This document shows positions 6,679 through 14,265 of a stretch of 14,376 bases of DNA, one piece after another. Made by a program: the position numbers and the translations under genes. How positions within the stretch are numbered: position 1 is the stretch's first letter; every line of letters begins with the position of its first letter. Source of the DNA: Bdellovibrionota bacterium FG-2 (GTDB lineage Bacteria; Bdellovibrionota; UBA1018); assembly GCA_051382305.1 (NCBI GenBank), contig JBBCAV010000106.1, positions 1 to 14,376 of the forward strand. The letters run 5' to 3'. The notes beneath the pieces were generated by a model that worked only from the letters and a program-made list of their open reading frames with translations, had not been told where the DNA came from and searched no databases.

Positions 6679-6778
6679 GTGTTGAGGCAAAACATTCTTA
6701 GCACAACCCACCCATAGCAGGCAGGTGGTGGAACCCAACCCCCTCCGGGTCGCCACCTGCCGCATTTCTCGCCCTGCT
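6679..6778 (+). ncRNA. Putative structured small RNA with C-rich anti-SD loop
   Basis: Hairpin 1 is GUGUUGAGG (6679-6687) / UCUUAGCAC (6696-6704). Hairpin 2 is GGCAGGUGGUG (6720-6730) / CGCCACCUGCC (6751-6761), with inner ACCC/GGGU and loop AACCCCCUCC (6737-6746). All four non-Watson-Crick stem pairs are G-U wobbles on the + strand only. Confidence 0.65.
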
Positions 6779-6785
6779 TGTCTTC

Positions 6786-9125
6786 TTATTTCTCCGTGCC
6801 GCGAATGACCTTTTCTGAAATCACATCTGAAGCCGGACTGTCTGACGTCGCGAGCTTTCCACTTTTTCGATCAAGCTTCACATCAACGAGATCCGGATTC
6901 TGAGGAAATCCTTCGGGAGGCTGGCGTAGGAGCGCCGTGTTCATGAAATTGACCCAGATGGGAAGTGCGGACGTGGCTCCGGTGAGGAGGAGTTTGGTTT
7001 TCTTTTTACCTTTTTCCTGAAGTTCCTCCAGGTGGGGGGCCTCGTCCAGACCGACCCATACCACGGTGGTAAGTTGAGGAGAATAGCCTGCGAACCAGCT
7101 ATCGCGATGGTGACTCGTGGTACCCGTTTTCCCGGCCGCAGCGTTCTTATAGCCCAAATCACGAGCTGTCCGTGCTGTTCCTTCAGTGAAGACGGATTCA
7201 AGCATATCCGTCATGAGGTCCGCTTCAGTTGACTCCAATATTTTCTTAGGATGAAAAACAAAACGTGCGTAACCCGTTCCATCGTCTTGGGTGATTCCAC
7301 GAATCACGGTGAGTTCTTCTTGAAGACCGTGGTTCGCAAGGGTCCCATAGATGCGAAGCAGTTCAATAGGGGAGAGCTCCGCGACCCCCAGGGAGAGGGA
7401 GGGCACGGCGGGGAGATCGGATTCCACCCCCAAGCCTTTTGCAAGTTGAATTATCTCGGAGAGACCGACTTCGTAACCAAGCTTAGCCGTTACCGTGTTT
7501 ACGGAGTGGGCGAGCGCAGTGCGCAGGGAGGTCCAGCCCAGGAATTCTTTTTCGTAGTTTTTCGGGGACCAGTTCTGTTTTCCGTTATCATATTCAATCG
7601 TCCAGGGGGCATCTTCCATGGGGTAGCCGGGGGTGTAGGGAACGCCATGGACATCCGTTCTCTTTTTGATTGCGGCTAGGAATACGAGGGGTTTGAAAGT
7701 GGAGCCCACCTGGCGTTTCATGTTGAGGATGCGATTGAAAGTGGAAGCCGCGTAGTTGCGGCCCCCGACGAGCGCCCGGATGAATCCGTTGTGGTGATCC
7801 ACGCTAGCGAGTGCCCCCTCGAGTTTGAGCCCGGGGGGGAGTTTGAGAGCTTTGTCCAAATGAGCGACGCCGTCGGCGACCGCTTTTTGCGCGGCCGCAT
7901 TGAGGGGCACGTCGAGCGTCGTGTAAACGTGAAACCCAGCTTGCGGAATTTCTTGTTCGCTAACCCGATCTTTGAGAAGGCGGATGAGTTCAGCTTTTGC
8001 GTAGTCAGTAAAATAAGGCGCTTTGTTGGAGGCTGTCTGTGCCGGCGCCAGGCGTATGGGCATTTTCAGGGCTTCTTTGGCTTCTCCTTCTGCGAGTTGC
8101 CCGGTTTCGACCATTTTCTTTAGGACAAGTTTTTGTCTGTCTATCGCGCGTGCGCGATGAGTGTACGGCGAATAAAAGCCCGGACCCCGAATGAATCCCG
8201 CCATCAGTGCGACTTCAGCGAGGTTGAGTTCCTCGAGCCTTTTGCCAAAAAAGTGCTTGGCTCCTTCGGAGACGCCATGGATTTCGAGGTTTCCGACTTG
8301 CCCGAGATAAACTTCATTGAGATAGCGTTCAAGAATCTGCTCTTTTTCAAAGCGGAGTTCCAAGAGAATGGCGAGAAACACTTCGTTTATTTTTTTAAAG
8401 AAATTTTTTCCCCGTCTGGCGGTTAGATTTTTTACCAGCTGCTGCGTAATCGTACTTCCGCCTTGTGCCAGAGAGCGGGTTTTAATATTCACCCACACGG
8501 CGCGAAGAATTCCGCGAGGGTCGAATCCCTTGTGTTCTAGGAAGTGTTGATCTTCAATTGCGATAATGGCGGTTTTGACGTGATTTGGAATTTCATCGAA
8601 TTTGATAACGTCGCGCACCTCATTTTGATCTGATTTCTGTTCGCCCGCTTGAGAGGGACGAGATAATGTCGCGACCAATTCGGGTTCAAGGTAGAGGTCA
8701 GGGGTTGCTCGGCCCCCAACTTCGATGGATTGGAGCGGAGCGTCCGCAGCGGGTGTTTCAAATTTAAGAATTGTTTTCTTGCCGTACGCGTCAATGGTGG
8801 GGTGGTTTTCTGGAATGAGGTAGATGGGATAATTGACTTGATGCATCTCGAAACTTATCGATTCTGGCGCAAGTTTGGCTTCGTAGCCCCGGTTTTTGAG
8901 CTGTTCCAGGATGAATCCTCGTCGCTGAGGTTGGCTAATTCGTAGGATATCTGAGTAGATTCGCGTCGGAATGAATTGACTCTGTTGCACGAAGCTTCGG
9001 CCTAATTGTACGTAGAGAAAACCCAGGTAAACCCCAAAAAGGGCGGTGCCTATCAACGCCAGGAGGGCGAGGGGTTTCCAGAGTTTTTTGTTCCGAGAGC
9101 TTCTTTTTTTTATGGTTTTTCGCAT
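6786..9125 (-). CDS. mrcB: Class A penicillin-binding protein (PBP1B-like transglycosylase/transpeptidase)
   Basis: Basic N-tail plus TM, an intervening domain at the UB2H position, GT51 motifs AIEDQHF, GGSTITQQLVKN and ILERYLNEVYLG, transpeptidase SxxK (STFK), SxN (SVN) and KTGT. Start uncertain (ATG 9125 or TTG 9134/9140); mrcB is assigned from architecture. Confidence 0.9.
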   Translation of the reverse strand: MRKTIKKRSSRNKKLWKPLALLALIGTALFGVYLGFLYVQLGRSFVQQSQFIPTRIYSDILRISQPQRRGFILEQLKNRGYEAKLAPESISFEMHQVNYPIYLIPENHPTIDAYGKKTILKFETPAADAPLQSIEVGGRATPDLYLEPELVATLSRPSQAGEQKSDQNEVRDVIKFDEIPNHVKTAIIAIEDQHFLEHKGFDPRGILRAVWVNIKTRSLAQGGSTITQQLVKNLTARRGKNFFKKINEVFLAILLELRFEKEQILERYLNEVYLGQVGNLEIHGVSEGAKHFFGKRLEELNLAEVALMAGFIRGPGFYSPYTHRARAIDRQKLVLKKMVETGQLAEGEAKEALKMPIRLAPAQTASNKAPYFTDYAKAELIRLLKDRVSEQEIPQAGFHVYTTLDVPLNAAAQKAVADGVAHLDKALKLPPGLKLEGALASVDHHNGFIRALVGGRNYAASTFNRILNMKRQVGSTFKPLVFLAAIKKRTDVHGVPYTPGYPMEDAPWTIEYDNGKQNWSPKNYEKEFLGWTSLRTALAHSVNTVTAKLGYEVGLSEIIQLAKGLGVESDLPAVPSLSLGVAELSPIELLRIYGTLANHGLQEELTVIRGITQDDGTGYARFVFHPKKILESTEADLMTDMLESVFTEGTARTARDLGYKNAAAGKTGTTSHHRDSWFAGYSPQLTTVVWVGLDEAPHLEELQEKGKKKTKLLLTGATSALPIWVNFMNTALLRQPPEGFPQNPDLVDVKLDRKSGKLATSDSPASDVISEKVIRGTEK

Positions 9126-9163
9126 GGGGGTCAAAATCAAACTTCCTGTTTTATTTAATCTCC

Positions 9164-9192
9164 TTGACGGGACTCTATCTGGTCAATAGAAA
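9164..9192 (+). promoter_or_regulatory. Putative sigma70 promoter of the beta-barrel gene, overlapping a TTGAC-N13-GTCAA palindrome
   Basis: TTGACG (9164-9169), 17 nt, TAGAAA (9187-9192); GTCAA at 9182-9186. Confidence 0.4.
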
Positions 9193-9234
9193 ACTGGATA
9201 GGCCTTAGGTTCTGAATAGCTATAGGAGACTTGC

Positions 9235-10782
9235 TTGAATAAAATTCGTGTTGTGTCGGTAGGGTTGAAAGCCGGAGTTATGGGGTTGATGTTGGGGGCC
9301 AGCGTCCAGTCGTCTGCGATGGAGCTGGATTGGTCGGGTCAGTTTCGATCCGAACTGAATATCGTCCACAACTACGCGCTTGATAATACACCCGACGGTG
9401 AAGTGTATGATCCCGCTCGCGCGCTAGGAAACGGCTACTATGTCCCGAGTGGTGGCCAGCGCACGGCACATTTTCAGACTCTCTTCATGAAGCTTCGCCC
9501 GAAGCTCGTTGTGAATGACAACGTCTATATCAAATCTGAGTGGTGGGTGGGGGATCCCGTATACGGAATTTTTGGGAATGGCGTTCCGTATTCGACTGAT
9601 CAGCGTCGTTGGAATTCTACGTTTAATCGTGGAGCGCCTATTACAGCCCAGCGCTTTTGGGGCGAGTTCTTAAGTGAGTTTGGAACGGTTCAAGTGGGGC
9701 GTGCTCCTTTGAATTGGGGCTTGGGAGTGGTTTGGAATTCCGGTGACGGGTTGTGGGATCGGTATTCTTCAACCGGAGATACGATCAGGTTGATCTCCAA
9801 ATTTGGGGCGTTTACGTTTATTCCGAGTTTTGTTTCTTATTCGGCTGGAAACACTATTGGCGGCGCGTGCTCGGTTGTGGGCGGCGTGTGTGTTCGTCCT
9901 CAAAGTGTCACCGAGCAGGGAATCAGTGGCGTGTCCGAGTATACGCTCGCTTTTCGTTACGAGAATCCGGATGAGGACTTTGATGGCGGTGTGAATTTGG
10001 TAAGACGAATTGCGGGTACGGAGCAGGATCGAAGCAACGGCCTTGCGGGTCCGGAAAATACTGCTGGAGCGATGCATTTTAATACTTGGGATATTTACGG
10101 AAAAAAGCGGCTGGGTAAATTCACACTCTCTGGGGAGTTTCCGATTACGAGTGGAAATCTTAATGGGCCTGAGTATTCGACTTTTGCAGTGTTGGGTGAG
10201 CTTAATTGGAAAATGTCGGATTCTTGGGAAAGTTATGTAAAAGTGGGGCATGCACCTGGGCAACCGAATGGGGATTCTACGGACCTGACTCAGTTCAAGG
10301 CCTTCTATTTTCATCCCAATATTCGACCTGCGATGATTATGTTTAATTATCAGTTGGCAAATTTTGCGGGAATCAATACTCAAAATAGTGCTGCAGTGGG
10401 TGCTGCAAACTTGGCTTCTCCTTATGATAACCCGATCGTGAATGCGAACTTCATTAGTGTGGGGGGGGCGGCGCATGTTGATAAATGGGGTTTCAAGTTG
10501 AATTGGACTTATGCCAAGGCGCTTGAAACCGCAGTCACGGGCAAGTATTTCTATAATACGCGCTTAAGGCAGATGGTGGGTCCCGCGATAAAAGATCAGG
10601 AAAGTTCCTTGGGTTGGGAAACGGATTATACAACTTCGTTTCAGTGGGATGAGGCGTTTCAGTTTAACTGGGATTTTGGCCTTTTCGTGCCGGGTGGGTA
10701 TCACAAGTTCTCAAATACCGGGACGGACAACGCCACCTCGTTGGTGTATGCGACGAGCTTTCGGTTAGGGGTTTCGTTTTAG
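9235..10782 (+). CDS. Outer-membrane beta-barrel (porin-like) protein of unknown substrate
   Basis: SD AGGAG (9224-9228) 6 nt before TTG; signal peptide ending SSA/MELDWSG; many alternating amphipathic aromatic strands; C-terminal beta-signal RLGVSF. Confidence 0.85.
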   Translation: MNKIRVVSVGLKAGVMGLMLGASVQSSAMELDWSGQFRSELNIVHNYALDNTPDGEVYDPARALGNGYYVPSGGQRTAHFQTLFMKLRPKLVVNDNVYIKSEWWVGDPVYGIFGNGVPYSTDQRRWNSTFNRGAPITAQRFWGEFLSEFGTVQVGRAPLNWGLGVVWNSGDGLWDRYSSTGDTIRLISKFGAFTFIPSFVSYSAGNTIGGACSVVGGVCVRPQSVTEQGISGVSEYTLAFRYENPDEDFDGGVNLVRRIAGTEQDRSNGLAGPENTAGAMHFNTWDIYGKKRLGKFTLSGEFPITSGNLNGPEYSTFAVLGELNWKMSDSWESYVKVGHAPGQPNGDSTDLTQFKAFYFHPNIRPAMIMFNYQLANFAGINTQNSAAVGAANLASPYDNPIVNANFISVGGAAHVDKWGFKLNWTYAKALETAVTGKYFYNTRLRQMVGPAIKDQESSLGWETDYTTSFQWDEAFQFNWDFGLFVPGGYHKFSNTGTDNATSLVYATSFRLGVSF

Positions 10783-10788
10783 AGACGC

Positions 10789-11382
10789 TTATTGAATTTG
10801 GAACTCCGTAAAAAACACATTCGTGATGAGATCTTCTTCGCCCATACCGGATTGGCTTCCCACGACCTCATTGAGCATGTCGACAAGCTGACTCCGAAGG
10901 AGATAGCGGCCCTGCACGGAGGTCAGTTCATGCATCTCCTTGCGGCCAAGCATTGAGAGAAACCGATCGGTAATCACGGGAGTTAGGGCTTCAATGCGCT
11001 CTTTGCGTGAAGCCTCCCGGATTTCCATTCCGAAACCGATCGTGGCATAATGGATTTTCCCTTGAAGTTGGGAATCGGTTCCGTCAGCGCCTTTAATTGG
11101 ATTGGGTTTTGAAGCGATGTTAAGTGTGAGGGGTTTGAAAATAACCATCCCCCCTTCATTCTTTTGATCTTTGTCTGAATATTTCTTTTCGAGTCGATCG
11201 CGCTCGGTGGGTTCCGTGATCGCAGGACGTTTGTAGAGAATGCGCGTGAAGTAGGTGGAGCCTGCTCCTATTATAACAATTACCATGTTGACAATGACGG
11301 CTAAAAGAACAAGTTTTGCCGCTTTTGCTTCGGGTGAAACGGGCGCCTCTTCTGCCGCTTCTTTTTTTTCTTCTTTAGCCAT
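10789..11382 (-). CDS. fliL: Flagellar basal body-associated FliL family protein
   Basis: Charged N-tail MAKEEKKE, one TM, LTLNIA, PVITDRFLSML, LTSVQGRYLLRSQL and the hallmark C-terminus ITNVFFTEFQIQ. Start moved to ATG 11382. Confidence 0.85.
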   Translation of the reverse strand: MAKEEKKEAAEEAPVSPEAKAAKLVLLAVIVNMVIVIIGAGSTYFTRILYKRPAITEPTERDRLEKKYSDKDQKNEGGMVIFKPLTLNIASKPNPIKGADGTDSQLQGKIHYATIGFGMEIREASRKERIEALTPVITDRFLSMLGRKEMHELTSVQGRYLLRSQLVDMLNEVVGSQSGMGEEDLITNVFFTEFQIQ

Positions 11383-11389
11383 TAGATCT

Positions 11390-11418
11390 ATTTTAGCAGA
11401 GGTTGCAAGAACAGTGAA
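11390..11418 (-). promoter_or_regulatory. Sigma70 promoter giving a probably leaderless fliL mRNA
   Basis: Minus strand TTCACT, 17 nt, TAAAAT with an extended TGn; the -10 is followed by 7 nt and then ATG, with no SD. Confidence 0.6.
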
Positions 11419-11477
11419 ATGACAATTAGTTGGCGCTTTGGTGCCATGCTGTGTATATTTTGGATTCGAAGACAAAT

Positions 11478-12347
11478 ATGCGTTATCTCGAACCTGTTTT
11501 TCGTCCACCCAGCGAAGCTGACAGCTTAATTTTGCAAATCACCTACGGGTGTACCCACAATAAGTGCACGTTCTGCGCGATGTATCGCGAGAAGAAGTTC
11601 AAGGTTCGTCCCGTTGAGGAGGTCTTGGAGGACATTCAAGAGGCGTCGCGACGGTATCCTGACACGCGAAGAGTTTTCTTAGCCGATGGCGACGCCATGG
11701 TATTAAAGACTTCGAAGCTTCTCCAAATACTCGAGAAGCTCGAGCTGGCCTTTCCTGCACTTGAACGTGTGGGGATTTATGCAGATTCTAGGGGGATTTT
11801 ACAAAAAACCGGAGACGAGCTGCAGGCGCTTCGCGAACATAAACTGGCAATGGTCTATCTGGGTTTAGAGTCTGGCAGCAATGAAGTGCTGCGGAAGCTC
11901 GATAAAGGCGCTACCGCAAGCGAGATGACTTTGGCCATACAGCGAGCTAAACAGGCGGGGATTCAAACGAGTGTGATCGCACTCTTGGGTGCGGGAGGGC
12001 GGGCTCTGTCTTCGCTCCACGCGCAGGAAACCGCGAGGGTTGTGAGCGAAATGTCTCCTGATTTTTTCAGCGCGCTGACGTTGACTCTCGTGCCAGGGAC
12101 CCCTCTTGCAGCGGAAGTAGAACGAGGCGAGTTTGAGCCCCTTTCGCCGCAGGAGTTGCTTGCGGAGTTGGGGCAGATTCTGGCGCAGATTTCTCCAACG
12201 AGTTCGATTGTTTTTCGGACGAACCACGCGTCAAACTATGTTCCTCTACGGGGTTGTTTACCTGACGATAAAGAAGAGATTCTTAGTACCCTCCAGTGGG
12301 CAATCGAAAATCATGCGCTTCGGCCAGAGTGGATGCGGGGCCTTTAG
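11478..12347 (+). CDS. Radical SAM protein of unknown function
   Basis: MRYLEPVFRPPSEADSLILQITYGCTHNKCTFC Fe-S motif, FLADGDA, YLGLESG and FRTNHASNY, as in a widespread uncharacterised radical SAM family. Start moved to ATG 11478. Confidence 0.92.
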   Translation: MRYLEPVFRPPSEADSLILQITYGCTHNKCTFCAMYREKKFKVRPVEEVLEDIQEASRRYPDTRRVFLADGDAMVLKTSKLLQILEKLELAFPALERVGIYADSRGILQKTGDELQALREHKLAMVYLGLESGSNEVLRKLDKGATASEMTLAIQRAKQAGIQTSVIALLGAGGRALSSLHAQETARVVSEMSPDFFSALTLTLVPGTPLAAEVERGEFEPLSPQELLAELGQILAQISPTSSIVFRTNHASNYVPLRGCLPDDKEEILSTLQWAIENHALRPEWMRGL

Positions 12348-13705
12348 GGCGCAGGTTTCGTCGGGGGAGTTTCTTCGGGTTCATCGACTGTGATTTTGGC
12401 GAGCACCTTCTTGAAGTTCCCCATGTTGTATTTGCTTTTGTACTGCTCGACGAAATCGCGAAAGCCTTCGTTAGGGTGCCGATTAAAGACGTATTGAACG
12501 AGTTCGTGCGCGACGATAAAGAGGGTAGACAGCGGCGAGATCTGCGATGCGGTAAGCCCTTTTGGAAAGCCCGTTCCGTCGGGGCGCTCATGATGTTGTA
12601 CGATGATCGTATCAACGTCGGCGGGAATTTCGGTGAATTTTTGCACAATCGCCGCTGCCTTGAGAGGATGCTCCTTAAATGCGTGGATCTCCTCGATCGT
12701 AAATTCAGTTTGCCGCCGCTCGAGCTCAAGCAAATCATGGACGGCTGCAAGAGTGTTGTTTCGAAGCATAATGTCATGAAAAATTGCAGCAAGCGAAAGC
12801 TTTTGGAAGGTCGTTTCCGAAGGCCAATCCATCCGGCTTGCCAGTGCACAAGCGACATTGGCAACTACGATGCTATGAGAGCTGATGTAGTTCCCTTTTG
12901 CGGTCACGAACGCCATGAGGATCTTAGAAAGCTGAGGATTTTGTCCTACGGCTTTGACCGCGAGTTTGACGTTTTCTTTTGCAACGGCTTCTATTTCTTT
13001 AGTGAAACCCAGCTTTGTACTGAGTTCTAGAATTGCATCTTGGGTGGAGATCGCCAGTTCGCGCGCAATTTCAGGCGTCGTGGCTTCATTTGCAGCGATG
13101 GCAGCGACGCTGCTCTGGAATTGCGAAACTAGCGCTTCATATTCTCCCCTGTGCACATACAGGTATTCTATGCCCTTCTTAATGACAAACCGATCAAGGT
13201 CTACGAGGTCAAAGGTGTCGCCGGGTTGAAATATTTTAACAAACTTGAGCTTTGAAAGGCGAATATATACGGCGCATTTGAGCGGATTTGCTTTGACGAG
13301 CAAATTGGTTCTAATGCGGCAATAATCTGCTTCATCCAAGCTCGGGGTTAGGTCTCCCACCTTGAGAGCATTTTCGATCGCTTTGTTGACAAATTCGCGG
13401 GGTTGATCCGCGTTTGCGTACCCAATGATGCGAAGGTCTGGAAACAAGGGCTTGAGGGGTGCTCCGCTTTTAGTAAACACTATGATTGGTAAGAGGGATC
13501 CTACAGAAACAAGGTACTTGAAGAGACGGGTGCTCTCTTTTTGATCATCGCAAATGATGAGATCGAGTTCATTATCGTCCAGAAGAAATTCAATGGCGGT
13601 CTGAAACGTCGCAGCTCGGTGCACGCTTGCGCGAAAAGTGACTTCAATGCTGGTGGCAAGGCTTGCCGTTGCCGGTGTGTCGTCTTGGATGAGTAGGATG
13701 TTCAC
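12344..13705 (-). CDS. REC-like domain plus HD-GYP domain protein (degenerate c-di-GMP phosphodiesterase-like)
   Basis: N-terminal NILLIQDD...DLIICDD...IIVFT; C-terminal SHS, FHDI, HP and QHHERPDGTGFPKGL. Start moved to GTG 13705. Overlaps the radical SAM stop by 4 nt (convergent). Confidence 0.88.
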   Translation of the reverse strand: MNILLIQDDTPATASLATSIEVTFRASVHRAATFQTAIEFLLDDNELDLIICDDQKESTRLFKYLVSVGSLLPIIVFTKSGAPLKPLFPDLRIIGYANADQPREFVNKAIENALKVGDLTPSLDEADYCRIRTNLLVKANPLKCAVYIRLSKLKFVKIFQPGDTFDLVDLDRFVIKKGIEYLYVHRGEYEALVSQFQSSVAAIAANEATTPEIARELAISTQDAILELSTKLGFTKEIEAVAKENVKLAVKAVGQNPQLSKILMAFVTAKGNYISSHSIVVANVACALASRMDWPSETTFQKLSLAAIFHDIMLRNNTLAAVHDLLELERRQTEFTIEEIHAFKEHPLKAAAIVQKFTEIPADVDTIIVQHHERPDGTGFPKGLTASQISPLSTLFIVAHELVQYVFNRHPNEGFRDFVEQYKSKYNMGNFKKVLAKITVDEPEETPPTKPAP

Positions 13706-13711
13706 TCTATG

Positions 13712-13739
13712 AGTATAACGAAGGCCACGAAAACAGCAA
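13712..13739 (-). promoter_or_regulatory. Putative promoter giving a leaderless HD-GYP mRNA
   Basis: Minus strand TTGCTG, 16 nt, TATACT, then 6 nt, then GTG at the first REC strand; no SD. Confidence 0.5.
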
Positions 13740-13830
13740 AAGAAAATGCCGCGCACCGCAAGGTGAGTGTGTCATGGAATTGGCGCTATTAATCACTGAA
13801 GTATGGGGCGATCTTGGTCGATAAGTTTTC

Positions 13831-14265
13831 GTGAAAGTGTATTTCTTGTGGCGATCAATTATTGGGACATTTTTGGCTGGCGCAGCTTACTCCGCAGAGG
13901 TTTGTCCGCCTGGGAGCACCGCGAGCCCGGAAGCTTCAGGCGCCACCCTTCTTTCGCCCGTCGTTTCGCGGTTGAAATATTTTGATCCCTCCCCTGTGAA
14001 TCTCTTTGATGGGCAGTTCTTTTATGATTACCGAAAGAACGCGGACTCCGTGATTTTGACGGCCACTTCTTCGAGCGATCTGTCGGTAAAGGACGGCGTC
14101 CGATATGAAAAGGTTTACGAACTCTTTGGTGCGGGTTTTACTCCCGTTACCCCCAAATTTCACCCCGGTCTCCCGCCTTTTCCGAATGCAGCCAACTTTG
14201 ATTCCTATATGACTCTTTTGAAGTCCAAGGCTGGAACGCTTTCTTCAGATGAAAAGTATCTGTAA
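13831..14265 (+). pseudogene. Secreted hypothetical protein truncated by IS66 insertion
   Basis: Signal-peptide-like N-terminus (MKVYFLWRSIIGTFLAGAAYSA). Its TAA stop (14263-14265) is part of the IS terminal GTAA starting at 14262. Confidence 0.7.

Noticed and set aside
6679-6717. 12-codon ORF (GTG...TAG; MLRQNILSTTHP) at the sRNA start
   Set aside because: The start codon is buried in hairpin 1 and the peptide is featureless, so RNA structure explains the region better. A dual-function RNA cannot be excluded.
6720-6770. Hairpin 2 as merely a Rho-independent terminator
   Set aside because: It has only a weak U-tract, a bulged stem and a 10-nt C-rich loop, and is preceded by its own promoter-like region and a second hairpin. 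Termination may be a secondary role.
6941-10476. Short ORFs within or opposite PBP1B and the barrel gene, including 9769-10476 (235 aa, minus strand)
   Set aside because: Fully overlap strongly supported genes and show no domain signatures.
11431-11446. TGGCAC/TGGCGC as a sigma54 promoter for fliL or the radical SAM gene
   Set aside because: Spacing is GG-N9-GC on both strands; sigma54 requires N10.
11865-14163. ORFs 11865-12227, 12133-12393, 12283-12864, 12296-13030, 12954-13229, 13803-13985 and 13936-14163
   Set aside because: Alternative-frame or antisense shadows of the radical SAM, HD-GYP and secreted-protein genes.
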